From Terriglobia bacterium (GTDB lineage Bacteria; Acidobacteriota; Terriglobia; 20CM-2-55-15): DNA of 64,000 nt. A model generated the notes under the pieces. It was not told where the DNA came from and did no database searches. It saw nothing but the letters and a program-made list of their open reading frames with translations. The position numbers and the translations under genes were made by a program. Positions within the stretch are counted from its first letter, which is position 1. Every line of letters begins with the position of its first letter. Where the stretch lies: positions 704,001 through 768,000 of the forward strand of contig CBDAOY010000005.1 of the NCBI GenBank assembly GCA_965198225.1, in the 5' to 3' direction. Below, one piece after another: positions 31,076 to 42,230 of this stretch.

Positions 31076-31325
31076 GGTGTCCCTGCCGTGAGAGCCATTG
31101 CTGCGACTGTCTCCCAGCCGTTCCTTCGGCAATGTCCGGAAAAACTTGCGCAAATGGTATTAGTTAGAGGAAGGAGTTGGAAGCAATCTAACGCCACTTG
31201 GCTCTGAGGCGGTATTGCGGGTTTCGTCAGTCAGACAAATGGGCCAAATTAGATGAAAATCGTGCCGAACCGCGGAAGTCGGGTTAGAGGAAGGGAATTG
31301 CGGGTTTCGCAGTCAGACGGAATTG

Positions 31326-32243
31326 CTAACGCAGGGCCTGCTGCTCGAGGTTCAGAACAACCTCAGCCAGCACCGACAGCAGGGCCCAATCCGCCTCCGG
31401 GTGCTGGGTGGCTGCGGGATCTCCCGCGTAGGTGTCGAAGAGAACGTACTTTGCATCGAGTGCGCAAAGACCCTCGAGATCGGTCCGAATCTGATCGAGC
31501 GTTCCTTCTCCGGCCGTTCGCTCGTTGTCGTCCAATGTCGATTCGGTACGCCGGAGGCTGAGTCTGGGGCAGAGATCGGGCACCGGAGTTCCTGCCGCCT
31601 CCGCTATTCTCCGTAGTCGCGGCATACCCTCGTCCTTCAGCCACGTCACTCGAGTTCGGATCGGATGCCACGCGTTGCCGTATCGAACGGCCCTCCGGAG
31701 AGCCGCATCGCTCGAGCCCCCAACCCAGACTGGAGGGTGAGGCGATCTCGCCGGGCGTGGCGCCGTGTGAACATCCGTGAAGGAAACATACTTTCCGTCA
31801 TGGGAAATCACGTCGGAGGCCCAGGACTTTCGGATTACTTCGAGATATTCATTGGCGATCGCACCCCTCTGATTGAACGGCACACCGAGTGCTTCGAATT
31901 CCTGCCTGGCCCAACCTACGCCCACGCCGAGGATGAAGCGTCCGCCGCTCATCTGGTCAATGTTGGCTGCTACTCTTGCGATCTGAAGCGGGTGGCGGTA
32001 GGGAAGGATCGTGACTGTGGTCCCGAGCTCGACCTTCCGCGTCTTCGCAGCGAGCCAGGACAGTACGGTGAAAGGGTCATAAAAAGGCGCTGGGTACATG
32101 GCGTCCACGTCCGGCGTGACGGTGACGTGATCTGAGATCATCACAAAGTGAAACCCAAGTGACTCTGCAAGCCGTGCCCATCGGAGGAAGGAGTCGGGGC
32201 CCGCTCCGGGACCGAAGTTGAGGATGTTGATTCCAAACTTCAT
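31326..32243 (-). CDS. LLM class flavin/F420-dependent oxidoreductase
   Basis: 'AESLGF..V..SDH', 'DQMSGGRFILGVGVGW..EF..LG', PPVWVGG. Confidence 0.9.
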   Translation of the reverse strand: MKFGINILNFGPGAGPDSFLRWARLAESLGFHFVMISDHVTVTPDVDAMYPAPFYDPFTVLSWLAAKTRKVELGTTVTILPYRHPLQIARVAANIDQMSGGRFILGVGVGWARQEFEALGVPFNQRGAIANEYLEVIRKSWASDVISHDGKYVSFTDVHTAPRPARSPHPPVWVGGSSDAALRRAVRYGNAWHPIRTRVTWLKDEGMPRLRRIAEAAGTPVPDLCPRLSLRRTESTLDDNERTAGEGTLDQIRTDLEGLCALDAKYVLFDTYAGDPAATQHPEADWALLSVLAEVVLNLEQQALR

Positions 32244-32412
32244 TTTTGCGTTTGTTCCAAATCAGGTGGCAGGAATTGAAGCGGTAGCCGCGGAAGGGTC
32301 TTCGAACCGGCGCTTCGTTTGAGTCAAACAGACGAACACACCATGACCGATTCTGACGACGGCCGCAATCCTTCCAGTCTGGAGGTCCCAGGAAGCTCTG
32401 TCTTGCTGTGGG

Positions 32413-34266
32413 TTACTTCGGTGCGCGGACCAGCCCACCCGCCGCCGAGGTCTCCTGCCTGGACTCCCTTGCGGCGTGCTGCGCACCAGTGACAGGATCC
32501 ATCATGATCGCATGGACGCTCCCCCAGGCGCGTTGGGCCTCGAGCTGGTGCCCCATCCGTTCGAGCGCGGTGCCGATCCCGTAAGGCAAAGCCGCTTCGA
32601 CGTGGCTGGGTTCTTTCTGTTCGACATGAAACCGCGGCGCGCTCACAGCCTCCTGCACGTCCATGCCCCAATCGATCGTGTTGAGAATGAGCTCGACGCA
32701 CTCCGTCATGATCCGCCGTCCGCCCGCCCCGCCGGCGGTCATGAACGGCCGACCGTCCTTGAGCACCAGGAACGCGTTCATGTTGTTCAAGGCCAGCTTT
32801 CCCCCCTGCATCCGGTTCGGATGAGTCGAAACGGGTTCCGGATCGAACTCCGTCGGATGGAATAGCCCCATTCCATTGTTCAGGGTGATGCCCGTCCCCG
32901 GCACGGTGACACCGCTGCCCAGAAAGTTCCTCATCGTCATCGTCAGCGCCACCATGTTGCCGTCTTTGTCCATGGCAGAGGTTGTGGCCGTATCTCCTTC
33001 CGGTGCCATCGGCGGGATGTTCCGGGCAATCATCTGGGGCAGATCCGCCAACGGCCCGGCGGCCGCTCCTTCCGCGGAGCTCGGGCTCTTCAGAAACGTC
33101 GCCGGCCCGTCGCTATCGAACTTCCACGGGTCACCCGGCCGCGCATACGGCCATGCCACGTCCGGATCGATGAGCTGCCGCCGCTCATCGGCATACTCTT
33201 CCGACATCATCCCCACATACGGCACTTCGACCATCCACGGATCTCCCGCGTACCAGAGGCGATCGGCAAACGCCAGCTTGTACGCCTCCAGGACCACGTG
33301 CAGGGACTCCGCCGACCGGCCCATCTCCGGCAGGTCGAATCCCTCGATCAGGTTCAGGATCGCGATCAGATTCTGCCCGCCCGTGCCCACCGGGGAGGTG
33401 TAGACGTCGTAGCCGCGGTAGTCGGTGTGCGCCGGTCGCAACGTCTGAACGTGTCGCTGGCGCCAGTCGGCGAGATCTTCCATCGTGATCAAGCCGCCTT
33501 CCGATTGGATGTAGTCGACCATCCGCTTCGCCAGTGACCCTGTGTAGATGGCGTCGGGCCCCTCGCTCGCCAGTGTCCGCAGCGACTGGGCCAGGTCCTT
33601 CTGTACGAAGCGGTCGCCGGCTCTCAGCGCCCTGCCGTCCGGCCTGTAAATCGCCCGTGAGGCCGGCCATTTGTCGAGTATGCGGTCGAAGGTGCGGTCG
33701 ATCGACCCGGCATAGCTCGCCGTGACGATGAAGCCTTCGTCGGCATACCGAATCGCGGGCTGCAGGACTTCGGCCCACGTCATCGTGCCGTAGTTCTCGA
33801 GCGCAACAGCCAGGCCGGCCACCACGTTCCACGTGGAGACCGAGAGGATACCGGGTTCCTGGCCCTCCCGTTTCTCGTAGAACATCTCCAGCGTGGCAGC
33901 CAGCGGCGCGCGCGTGTTGAAATCGACGACGACGGGCTCGTCCAGATCCCCGAGATGGATGACCATCGCCCCGCCATAGCCGCCAATCCCGTTTGAACCG
34001 TGCGCGACGACCGAAACGGCCAGGACGGTTGCGACAATTGCGTCCACGGCGTTCCCGCCCTTTTGCAGCATTTCCAGCCCGGCGCGGGAAGCCAGGGGGT
34101 GCACGCTCGAGACGGTGCCTAGCTCGCCAACAACTTTTCCTTCCGTGCTGATGACAATCTCGCTTGCTCCGGCTTGCCCGGCCGCCCGACGGACATAACT
34201 GAAGTTGAAGAGCCCGGCCACCAGCGCTACGACAGCGAGAGTGCCGACGTGTGCTTTGCATTTCAT
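32413..34266 (-). CDS. Gamma-glutamyltransferase family protein (divergent)
   Basis: GGNAVDA, GIGGYGG, DTATT cleavage site, GITLNNGM, GAGGRRI. Confidence 0.88.
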   Translation of the reverse strand: MKCKAHVGTLAVVALVAGLFNFSYVRRAAGQAGASEIVISTEGKVVGELGTVSSVHPLASRAGLEMLQKGGNAVDAIVATVLAVSVVAHGSNGIGGYGGAMVIHLGDLDEPVVVDFNTRAPLAATLEMFYEKREGQEPGILSVSTWNVVAGLAVALENYGTMTWAEVLQPAIRYADEGFIVTASYAGSIDRTFDRILDKWPASRAIYRPDGRALRAGDRFVQKDLAQSLRTLASEGPDAIYTGSLAKRMVDYIQSEGGLITMEDLADWRQRHVQTLRPAHTDYRGYDVYTSPVGTGGQNLIAILNLIEGFDLPEMGRSAESLHVVLEAYKLAFADRLWYAGDPWMVEVPYVGMMSEEYADERRQLIDPDVAWPYARPGDPWKFDSDGPATFLKSPSSAEGAAAGPLADLPQMIARNIPPMAPEGDTATTSAMDKDGNMVALTMTMRNFLGSGVTVPGTGITLNNGMGLFHPTEFDPEPVSTHPNRMQGGKLALNNMNAFLVLKDGRPFMTAGGAGGRRIMTECVELILNTIDWGMDVQEAVSAPRFHVEQKEPSHVEAALPYGIGTALERMGHQLEAQRAWGSVHAIMMDPVTGAQHAARESRQETSAAGGLVRAPK

Positions 34267-34366
34267 GGTTGTCTCCTGTCGTCGAAGATTTTGGAAAGAA
34301 CGAGATCGACCGGATTGAGGAAAGCGAGGGCGGGCGTGGCGCCCGCCCTGTATGCAGCTCTCCGGT

Positions 34367-35602
34367 CTAGCGTTCTATTTCCACCAGGCCTATGCGGTTC
34401 GAACTGGTTTGGTGAATCAAAAGGTTGCCCGCCTCCGTCACCCACATATTCCGGACGATGCCGACGCCGGAGGGAATGGCCCAGCTCTGGAACTTTTCCG
34501 TCTTCGGGTCGAAACGCACCAGTGCGTCAGGCCTCATCCCCGACTCGTTGTACCAGATGATGTCGTCCACGACGCTGAAAGCATAGGGATGAGAATCCGG
34601 CCCACTGGGTGAAGGCCACTCCTTGATGTCACCCGTCTCCGGGTTGAGCCTTCCGATGCGGCCTTGGGTGGAGTTCCCGTACCAGACCATGCCGTCGCTG
34701 GTGAGCCCGAGCCGGCGAATGCGGGACTCTTCGTTCGGCACCTCGTAGTAGCGGACACGCATTGTCTCCGGATTGAGGGCTCCGATCTTGTTGATGCCGT
34801 TGTAGGCAACCCAGACCGTGCCGTCGGACGCCACCTGCATACCGTACGGCCTCGGCTCGGTTTGGATCTCGGTGACCTCGCCGGTCTCAGGGCTCAGGCG
34901 GCCGAGCATATGGGCGCCCTGTGCGGTGAAGTAGAGCCTGCCGTTCGGGTGGAAGACCGCAGTGTGGGGATCCCGGGCCTCAGTCTCGTATTCGGTGACC
35001 ACGCCGGTTTTGGGATCAAGCTTGCCCATGGTCGCGTTGCTGTTTCCCGTATACCAGATGTTTCCGTCCGCGTCTGGAACGATGCTGTGCGGTCTTGAGC
35101 TGGGCGGCAGCCGAAACTCCTCCATCTCGCCCGTCTTTGGATCGAGCCGCCCCGCGAGGCTGGCCCACATCCCGGTCCACCAGATGGAGCCGTCCGGCGC
35201 CTCTATCGGGTCGCGGGACCGCTGGCCGAGAGTCGGAACCATCCACTCCGTGATCTCGATCTCCGTGTCACCCGAAACCAGCGTGGGGCGCCGCCCCGGC
35301 CGCTCGGGGTAATGCTCGGTCAGGTACCGGGCCACGGTGTGAGCCTGGGCGTCCGGAAGTGCGACCATCGAAGCGACAAGTGCCTCCCAGTCGTCCTGGG
35401 AATATCCTGATGACCTGACGATCTGGTTGAGTCCATGGCACGTGGTGCAGTGGTTCTGGACGAGTTCCTGACCAGAGCCCGCCGGCAACTCGATGGGCTG
35501 GCCACGGCCGCGCCCTCTGCCGCGCTGGGCATTCCCTGGCGCCCCAAGGGCCAGGCCAAGGAGTATCACCACCATCAGGATTGAGAATGCTTTGCCGCGC
35601 AT
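34367..35602 (-). CDS. Vgb (virginiamycin B lyase)-like beta-propeller with N-terminal cytochrome c
   Basis: CTTCH heme motif; repeated 'DG..W......GRLDP.TG' blades. Confidence 0.85.
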   Translation of the reverse strand: MRGKAFSILMVVILLGLALGAPGNAQRGRGRGRGQPIELPAGSGQELVQNHCTTCHGLNQIVRSSGYSQDDWEALVASMVALPDAQAHTVARYLTEHYPERPGRRPTLVSGDTEIEITEWMVPTLGQRSRDPIEAPDGSIWWTGMWASLAGRLDPKTGEMEEFRLPPSSRPHSIVPDADGNIWYTGNSNATMGKLDPKTGVVTEYETEARDPHTAVFHPNGRLYFTAQGAHMLGRLSPETGEVTEIQTEPRPYGMQVASDGTVWVAYNGINKIGALNPETMRVRYYEVPNEESRIRRLGLTSDGMVWYGNSTQGRIGRLNPETGDIKEWPSPSGPDSHPYAFSVVDDIIWYNESGMRPDALVRFDPKTEKFQSWAIPSGVGIVRNMWVTEAGNLLIHQTSSNRIGLVEIER

Positions 35603-35901
35603 GGGTTTCTACCTCGAAGTTAAGAGATAACGATCCGGCCCGCGTCGCCATTGTGAGAGTCCGTTACGGATGAGCCCGGCCGGGTGATGCAAACTTGATT
35701 CATCTTGGAAGCCGCTAGAATAGGCCGATACTATACTTCACTTTCCGCAGGAGCAAGGTTCTTGCCCGACACGTTCCCCCCGGGGACTTGCCCGGCGCTG
35801 GTGCCGGGTGGAAGTCCGTACAGCCCGCAACAGGGTCGGGTTAGGGTGCCCGCACTAGTTGTAGATGCTGTCGTCATTTTGCATGGTAAAATGACGACGA
35901 T

Positions 35902-37062
35902 ATGTCAAATGAGAATTACGCGCGCCTGATCGCTCCGCCGAAAAGAAGTTTCTTCCTGTTTGGCCTCCGCGGAGTCGGCAAGAGCACCTGGACCCTCGAG
36001 CGGTTCCCAGATGCTTACTACGTCGATTTGCTCGACGAGTCTCGTTATCAGAACCTGTTGGCCAACCCGGGGCTGCTTGCCCTGGAGCTTTCAGACCTGG
36101 CGCCCAAAAGGGTCGTCGTCCTGGACGAGGTCCAGCGCGTGCCAGCATTGCTGAACGAAGTTCACCGGGCGATCGAAGCGAGCCGCCGCAGATTTGTGCT
36201 GGTCGGTTCCAGCGCGCGCCGTCTCAAGACGGCAGGGACCAATCTTCTGGCCGGGCGGGCAACCCTCCACACGATGTATCCGCTCCTCCCGGCCGAACTC
36301 GGCGACGACTTCGACCTGGAACGCGGCCTGCGTTTCGGCAGTGTTCCCATCGTCTGGCAGGCCGATGATCCGGGCGCGACCCTGGAGGCCTACGTCCAGC
36401 TGTACGTGCGAGAGGAAATCAAAGGCGAGGCTTTGGTCCGAAACCTTCCCGCCTTCCTTCGTTTCATGCCGGTGGCGGCGCTCCTTCACGGTCAGGTCAT
36501 CAACATATCGGGCCTCGCTCGCGACGCGGCCGCCGCCCGCACCACGGTGGAGGGCTACCTCGGTATCCTGCAGGACACGCTGCTGGCAACTCTGTTGCCC
36601 GCGTTCGAACCGAAGCTGCGAGTCCGGGAACGCCGGCACCCGAAGCTCTACTGGACCGATTCGGGCATCGTACGGGCCGCGAAGCGTCATACCGGTCCGG
36701 TCGGAGCCGAGGAACGGGGGCCGCTGCTCGAAGGATGGATCCTTGCAGTGCTGCGAGCGCACAACGAGTTGTCGGAGGTGTTTGAGGAGGTGTCCTACTG
36801 GGCACCGGCACAGGCGCGCCGGACGGAGGTCGATTTCCTCCTCCGTCGGGGAAACGAACATCTGGCTATTGAAGTCAAGGCGCAGTCCCGCTTCTCAAAA
36901 TCCCAGCTTACAGGATTGCGAGCGATCGCCGATCTGGGGCGCACCGTGCGACGTGTGCTGATCTACCTGGGTACGGAAAGGCTTCGCACCGATGACGGAA
37001 TCGAGGTATGGCCGCTGCAATCGTTCCTCGATGCGGTTGCGGGGGACCGGCTTTGGCCCTAG
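35902..37062 (+). CDS. AAA_14 ATPase with DUF4143 domain
   Basis: GLRGVGKST, LDEVQR, 'PKLYW.D.G', 'EVDF...AIEVK'. Confidence 0.9.
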   Translation: MSNENYARLIAPPKRSFFLFGLRGVGKSTWTLERFPDAYYVDLLDESRYQNLLANPGLLALELSDLAPKRVVVLDEVQRVPALLNEVHRAIEASRRRFVLVGSSARRLKTAGTNLLAGRATLHTMYPLLPAELGDDFDLERGLRFGSVPIVWQADDPGATLEAYVQLYVREEIKGEALVRNLPAFLRFMPVAALLHGQVINISGLARDAAAARTTVEGYLGILQDTLLATLLPAFEPKLRVRERRHPKLYWTDSGIVRAAKRHTGPVGAEERGPLLEGWILAVLRAHNELSEVFEEVSYWAPAQARRTEVDFLLRRGNEHLAIEVKAQSRFSKSQLTGLRAIADLGRTVRRVLIYLGTERLRTDDGIEVWPLQSFLDAVAGDRLWP

Positions 37063-37281
37063 CGTGTCGCGGGGGACATGGCGGACGAAGAGTTTCCGGA
37101 GTCTGGTCGCTTTGGTATGATCCGTGCTTCCGACGAGACTTAAAAAAGCTCGGTCAAACGGAAGCCTGCCAGTGGTTGGATCGTTTAAACCGTAGGCTTT
37201 TCCGCACCCGGTCAGCTCGGGACGGCCGTAATGGGTTGAGAATTCTCCGTCTCCGAGCCGGTGATGAGAAAACCTCACCAC

Positions 37282-39294
37282 CTACCATTCATACCGCAAG
37301 CCCAACCGGAAAATCCTCGGATTCAGGATCTGCGTTGCGCGGCCGAACCGCGGCACCGTGTTGCCGTTGCGATCCCGGACCAGGTTGCTGAAGGTTTCAA
37401 CTCCCAGGACGGTGTTGGCGTTGAAGATGTTGAACAGATCGAACATCGCCTGAACACTCTGGCGATCGCCGATCGCGAAAGTCTTCTCAAACCGGATGTT
37501 GGTCAGGTGGACGCTCGGGCGATGGTACGTTCCCTCGGGTTCCATGATGATGACCTGGCTGCCCTGCGCGAGACCCTGGGCGCTCGTGCAGTCTCCGTTC
37601 GTCACCGTCCGACAACGGGGATCGTCCGCTTCCCGTCGGAGCAGGTCCGGAGTGAACCGCACGCGCCGGTTGTACTCGACGCCTTTCTGGGCGTTGTAGG
37701 TACCCGATACCGAAATCCCTTTCGGCAGTTCGTATTGACCCAGTAGCTTGAACGACCACAGGTCTATGTGACGATTCCCGCCGTAGACCAGGTTGTTGGG
37801 GTCGGGTCCGACATCGAACGGATCGTTGCGTTTCGTCCAGTCGACACCCGTGATCATCATCCAACCGTTGCTCATCCGTTTTCGTGCACCGAACTCGATC
37901 GTCGAGAAGTGGCCGCCGCGGTCGAGATTCGTTACGAGGTTCTCCCCCGGGCGTGGTGATCGGGTTCGTTCGTAGATCGTGACCAATCGATCGTCGCCCG
38001 AGCCGACCGCTCCATCAGGCCCGCGATCCACCGCCTGAACGGGCCGGTAGGTCAGCGTGGGGTGGGCCTGGTCGATGCGGTCCCACAGGTTGTGTTGGAT
38101 TTTTCGGACAAAGTTCGCGTTCACCGCGAAATCCTGGAACAGTTCGTGTTCGATTCCTACCGTGTACTCGTCGGTGTACTGGTTCGTCAGATTCGGATCC
38201 ACGTCAGCGGGGTTCGGAGTGCCGGTGATCCGCTCGATGTTGGAGTTCGCGATCAGTTCGTGCGTGATCGGGAGGGTTCCATCCCAGGTGTACTGTGTCG
38301 TCACCGGGAGAGAATTCGGATTGCCGAGTTGCGCCACCCTGAAGCTCGTGATGTCGCTGAACCGGCCATAGCTGGCCTTCAGAGCTGTTCTCGTGTCGCC
38401 GAACACGTCGTAGACGAGGCTGATACGCGGCACGAGATCGTTGAACGTCGCGTAGTGGGTCCTGGGGTAGGTGATCTTTGTGGCGAAAGGGCCGGTTCCA
38501 GGATTCCCCTGTTCAGGTGCGAAGTTGGTGTAACGGTCGAATCGGAGCCCGAGGTTCAACGTGAGGCGGTTGTTCAGCTGCCACTTGTCCTGCACAAAAA
38601 AGTAGTTGTGGTACAGGGAGTTGTGGGACTTGAACGGTGTGGTTGTCGTCTGGAAAAAGTCGGGTACACCGCCTCTGGAAAAGAGCCAGATAGCGCCGAG
38701 TGTTCCCGGCGATGCGGGCGCCTCGTTCCAGGTGAACCGGGAGTCTTCCCACTGGAGGGCGTACCCCACCTTGACGTCGTGGTCGCCGGTGAAGTAACTC
38801 CAGTTCACGTTCCATTGCCAGCGGCGCTCCTGAGTGTGAAACGGGAATTGCAGCCCCCCCCGCTGGGCACCCGTGAACAGATCCCGCGTCGGCGTCTGGC
38901 TGACGTGAGACTTGGCGGAAACATTGACCCCAGTCGTGTTGGCGGAGACATCCAGAGTTGATCTACCGCTCAACATGGCCATCCACTGGAACTTGTACTT
39001 CCAGGCCCAGGCGTCCTGTTTTCTGGTCGACTCGAGGGTCCTGTTTTTTGCGCCCGGTCCGCTGCCACCGACGAACGGCTGGAACTTCCGGGTCGCCCCG
39101 CCGCTGAAAACCAGCGAATGGTCCGGGCTGATCTGGTGGTTGAGCTTCAGGGTGTAGTTCTGGAGCCGGGTCGTGAAGGTCCCTCCCGGCGTGAGGTCGT
39201 TCTGCAGGACCTGGGTCTGTAGAGCCGAGTACTGATCTCGAACCGAGACGAACCACCACAACTTGTCCCGGACGATGGGGCCTCCGGCATTGCC
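37282..39294 (-). pseudogene. 3' part of an Oar-like TonB-dependent receptor, cut by a group II intron
   Basis: 'GGPIVRDKLWWF', 'FVQDKWQLNNRLTLNLGLRFD', 'PRIFRLGLRYEW'; 5' part not found in the window. Confidence 0.88.
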
Positions 39295-39454
39295 GTAGAG
39301 TCGACGACTGGCGCGGTGGCGGTAGGCAAAGGGGGTAGCTGTTGCCGGTGGCTTTCGCCGATTCCGGTGCCTCACTCCTCGCCGTGGCTTCGTTTCCAGT
39401 CGCCGCTCATCGAACCGGACATGCGGATTTCCCGCATCCGGCTCTCGGACGAGA

Positions 39455-40795
39455 TCATGCCTTCGCCCACGGAAAGCTCGCCGTACGCGGCGCAAGATGC
39501 GTGAGCCCGTAATCGGACCAGAGCCGCTCGGACGGGAAGCGCACGTGTTTCCCGGTCCGCACCTTGTGCTTACGGCAGAGCCACTGGCGCGGCCGCCGGG
39601 TCGCGTGTTGATCAATCGCCTTGTAGGCCGGGCGGACCTGTCCCAGGATGAAATAGTTCGCCCAACCGATCAGCAACCGGTTGAGGCGTCCCACTACGAC
39701 TCCCGACGGCAGGAGCACGTGGCGCGGCGCGGTCAACTCGCTCACACGACGGCAGATGCTCTGGACGCTTTCCCGGCTCGGATGTGTGCCTATGTAGGCG
39801 GCACCCGTACCCGGCCGGTAGTTGCAACCGATCCGGTAGCCGAGGAACGTCATCGATTCCTCCGGCACCCGGCAGCAGCGGGTCTTCTCAACGTTCATCG
39901 CCAACTTCAGACGTTTTATCAGGGCTTCGACCGCCGCTAGCATCACCGCTGCCGGCGCGCGACCGAGAACCGCGAAGTCATCCGCGTAGTTGACGATTTC
40001 CGCCTTGAAGTGCCGGGCGTAGCCCAGCACCTTCCAGCCCAGAATGAAGCGCCGCATGTAGATGTTGCTGAACAGCGGCGAGATCGGAGACCCTTGCGGG
40101 GTCCCCTTCCGCTCGTGACGCGCCCGGTTCGTGCGGCGGCGACCGCCGCGCCCGTCGTCCTCTTCCACCGCCATCTCCAGCCACGCCTTGACCCAGCCCA
40201 ACAGCCGCCCGTCGCTCACACGCCGGGCGATGGACTTCATCAGGTCCGCGTGCGGAATCTGGCCGAAGTAGTCCGACAGGTCGGCGTCCACCACCTCCCG
40301 GTGGCCCGTCGTCAGCAGCCGATGCACGCGCCTGACTGCGTCATGCGCGTCTCGGCCCGGCCGGTACGCATACTGCTCCGGTTGCAGGTCGGCTTCGAAG
40401 ATCGGCGATAACACCAGCATCGCCGCCGTCTGCACCACCCGATCCCGGAGACACGGAATGCCCAACGGCCGGAACTTCCCTCGTTGCTTCTTCGGGATGA
40501 GAACCTGCCGAACCGCATGCGGCCGATAGGTCCCTTCCTTCAGGTCCCGCGCCAGTGCTCCCAGCCACCGGTCCACCCCGAACGCATCGATGTCCGCGAC
40601 CGTCTCGCCGTCCACCCCGGCCGCGCCGCCGTTGCGGCGCACGGCCTGCCAGGCGACTGCGAGCACGTCGTCGCGCCACACCTTGTCGCTCAGAGAGTAG
40701 AACCGGAAGCCCAGAGCTTCCTTCGCTTTCGCATGTAGCGCCGTCTGGAGTCGCTGAACTCTCTCCGAGGCTGTTAGGCTCTCGCCAGTCCTCAT
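39455..40795 (-). CDS. ltrA: Group II intron reverse transcriptase/maturase
   Basis: GAAGVDG, RPLGIP, GTPQGSPISPL, YADD; no endonuclease domain. Confidence 0.93.
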   Translation of the reverse strand: MRTGESLTASERVQRLQTALHAKAKEALGFRFYSLSDKVWRDDVLAVAWQAVRRNGGAAGVDGETVADIDAFGVDRWLGALARDLKEGTYRPHAVRQVLIPKKQRGKFRPLGIPCLRDRVVQTAAMLVLSPIFEADLQPEQYAYRPGRDAHDAVRRVHRLLTTGHREVVDADLSDYFGQIPHADLMKSIARRVSDGRLLGWVKAWLEMAVEEDDGRGGRRRTNRARHERKGTPQGSPISPLFSNIYMRRFILGWKVLGYARHFKAEIVNYADDFAVLGRAPAAVMLAAVEALIKRLKLAMNVEKTRCCRVPEESMTFLGYRIGCNYRPGTGAAYIGTHPSRESVQSICRRVSELTAPRHVLLPSGVVVGRLNRLLIGWANYFILGQVRPAYKAIDQHATRRPRQWLCRKHKVRTGKHVRFPSERLWSDYGLTHLAPRTASFPWAKA

Positions 40796-40972
40796 GTCCC
40801 TTCCTCCGTCATGCGCTGCTCTCGAACTGAGGTCCCTTCCCTCCACCGGCATTACCTGATGGGATGGACTCCTCCTTGATGACTGAGTCGGCATCGTAGT
40901 GCCAAAGTCATTGTGAAGCCTCGCGATGGTGCGGGCTAAACACGAGGACGTGTAAACAAGAAGGAGTCCGAG

Positions 40973-42007
40973 ATGAAGAGTAAAACGATCGCAGTGGATC
41001 TGGCAAAGAATGTTTTCGAGATTGGGATTTCCGACCGCCCCGGGCAGATGACGAAGACATACCGTTTAAGCCGGGGAAAGTTCTTGTCGTTTTTTGCGAA
41101 TCAGGAGCTGGCGACGGTCGTGATGGAAGCCTGCAGTGCCGCCCATCACTGGGGACGAGAGATCCAGAAACTGGGGCACACAGTGGTACTGATTTCACCG
41201 CAGTATGTCCGGCCCTACGTACCGAGGAGTAAGACGGATCGGGCGGATGTAAAAGGGTTGCTGGAGGCCCACCGGAATGCCGATATTCGGGCGGTACCCA
41301 TTAAGACGGTGGCGCAACAGCAACTCACCGCCCTGCACCGCATCCGGTCGACCTGGATGCGGACCCGGACGGCGCGCATCAACATGGTGCGGGGGCTGCT
41401 GGGAGAGTTTGGGCTCGTGCTGCCGACGGGAGCCCGGCGGCTGGTGCCCGGAGTCATGGGGTTGATCGAAGATGCGGATGTTGAGATCCCCATGACCGTA
41501 CGCGTCATGTTCTCGGAAGTGTGCACCGAAATCCGCGAGCTGGAGGCACGCATTCAATCGGTGGAGCGGGAGTTGGAAGCCCTGGCCCGTCAGATGCCCG
41601 AGGTGGCCCGTCTGCGCTCGATCCCTGGAATCGGGCTGTTGACTTCCACGGCGATGGTAGGTTTTGTCGGTGACCCCCGACGGTTTCGATCCTGTCGCCA
41701 CTTTGCCAGTTATCTGGGACTCACCCCGCGTGAGCGTTCGAGCGGAAACCGGCGTCGGCTGGGAGCGATCAGCAAACAAGGCAACGTCTACCTGCGGATG
41801 CTGCTCATACACGGTGGCCGCACTCTGCTATGGAGTGCGCATCGAAAAGGGGCGCAACCTTCGGCTCTGCAGAAATGGGGTCTCCGTCTCCACACACTCC
41901 GCGGGCACAACACGGCCACGGTTGCTTTAGCCAACAAACTGGCCCGCACGGTTTGGGCCGTCTGGACACAGGACACGGCGTACGAGGCTGACCGACGGGC
42001 GGCCTGA
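40973..42007 (+). CDS. IS110 family DEDD recombinase/transposase
   Basis: AVDLAK, VMEAC, KTDRAD, 'GLTPRERSSG', 'VALANKLAR'. Confidence 0.95.
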   Translation: MKSKTIAVDLAKNVFEIGISDRPGQMTKTYRLSRGKFLSFFANQELATVVMEACSAAHHWGREIQKLGHTVVLISPQYVRPYVPRSKTDRADVKGLLEAHRNADIRAVPIKTVAQQQLTALHRIRSTWMRTRTARINMVRGLLGEFGLVLPTGARRLVPGVMGLIEDADVEIPMTVRVMFSEVCTEIRELEARIQSVERELEALARQMPEVARLRSIPGIGLLTSTAMVGFVGDPRRFRSCRHFASYLGLTPRERSSGNRRRLGAISKQGNVYLRMLLIHGGRTLLWSAHRKGAQPSALQKWGLRLHTLRGHNTATVALANKLARTVWAVWTQDTAYEADRRAA

Positions 42008-42034
42008 CACCATGACTGTAGGAACATCCTTTCA

Positions 42035-42230
42035 GTAGACTGCGACGACGTTCGAGTTGATGACGTACCGGTCAGACCGGCGCGGGGAAACGCCGGAGAA
42101 GCCGTGGCCCCTGGAGGCCGTTTACCCGGTTGGCACCCCGCGCGCGAATTTCATCATGGCCCGGAACTCAAACGTTCCATTCGAGAGGCCGAAGATACGG
42201 ATGCAGTCGATCTGTCACTCAACTCGAAAA
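42035..42230 (+). ncRNA. Predicted bridge/seekRNA of element 1
   Basis: Structured region after the transposase with loops matching target and donor; RNA ends approximate. Confidence 0.75.

Noticed and set aside
39295-39615. N-terminal 107 aa of the 777-aa ORF
   Set aside because: Read-through into intron domains V/VI; not receptor sequence
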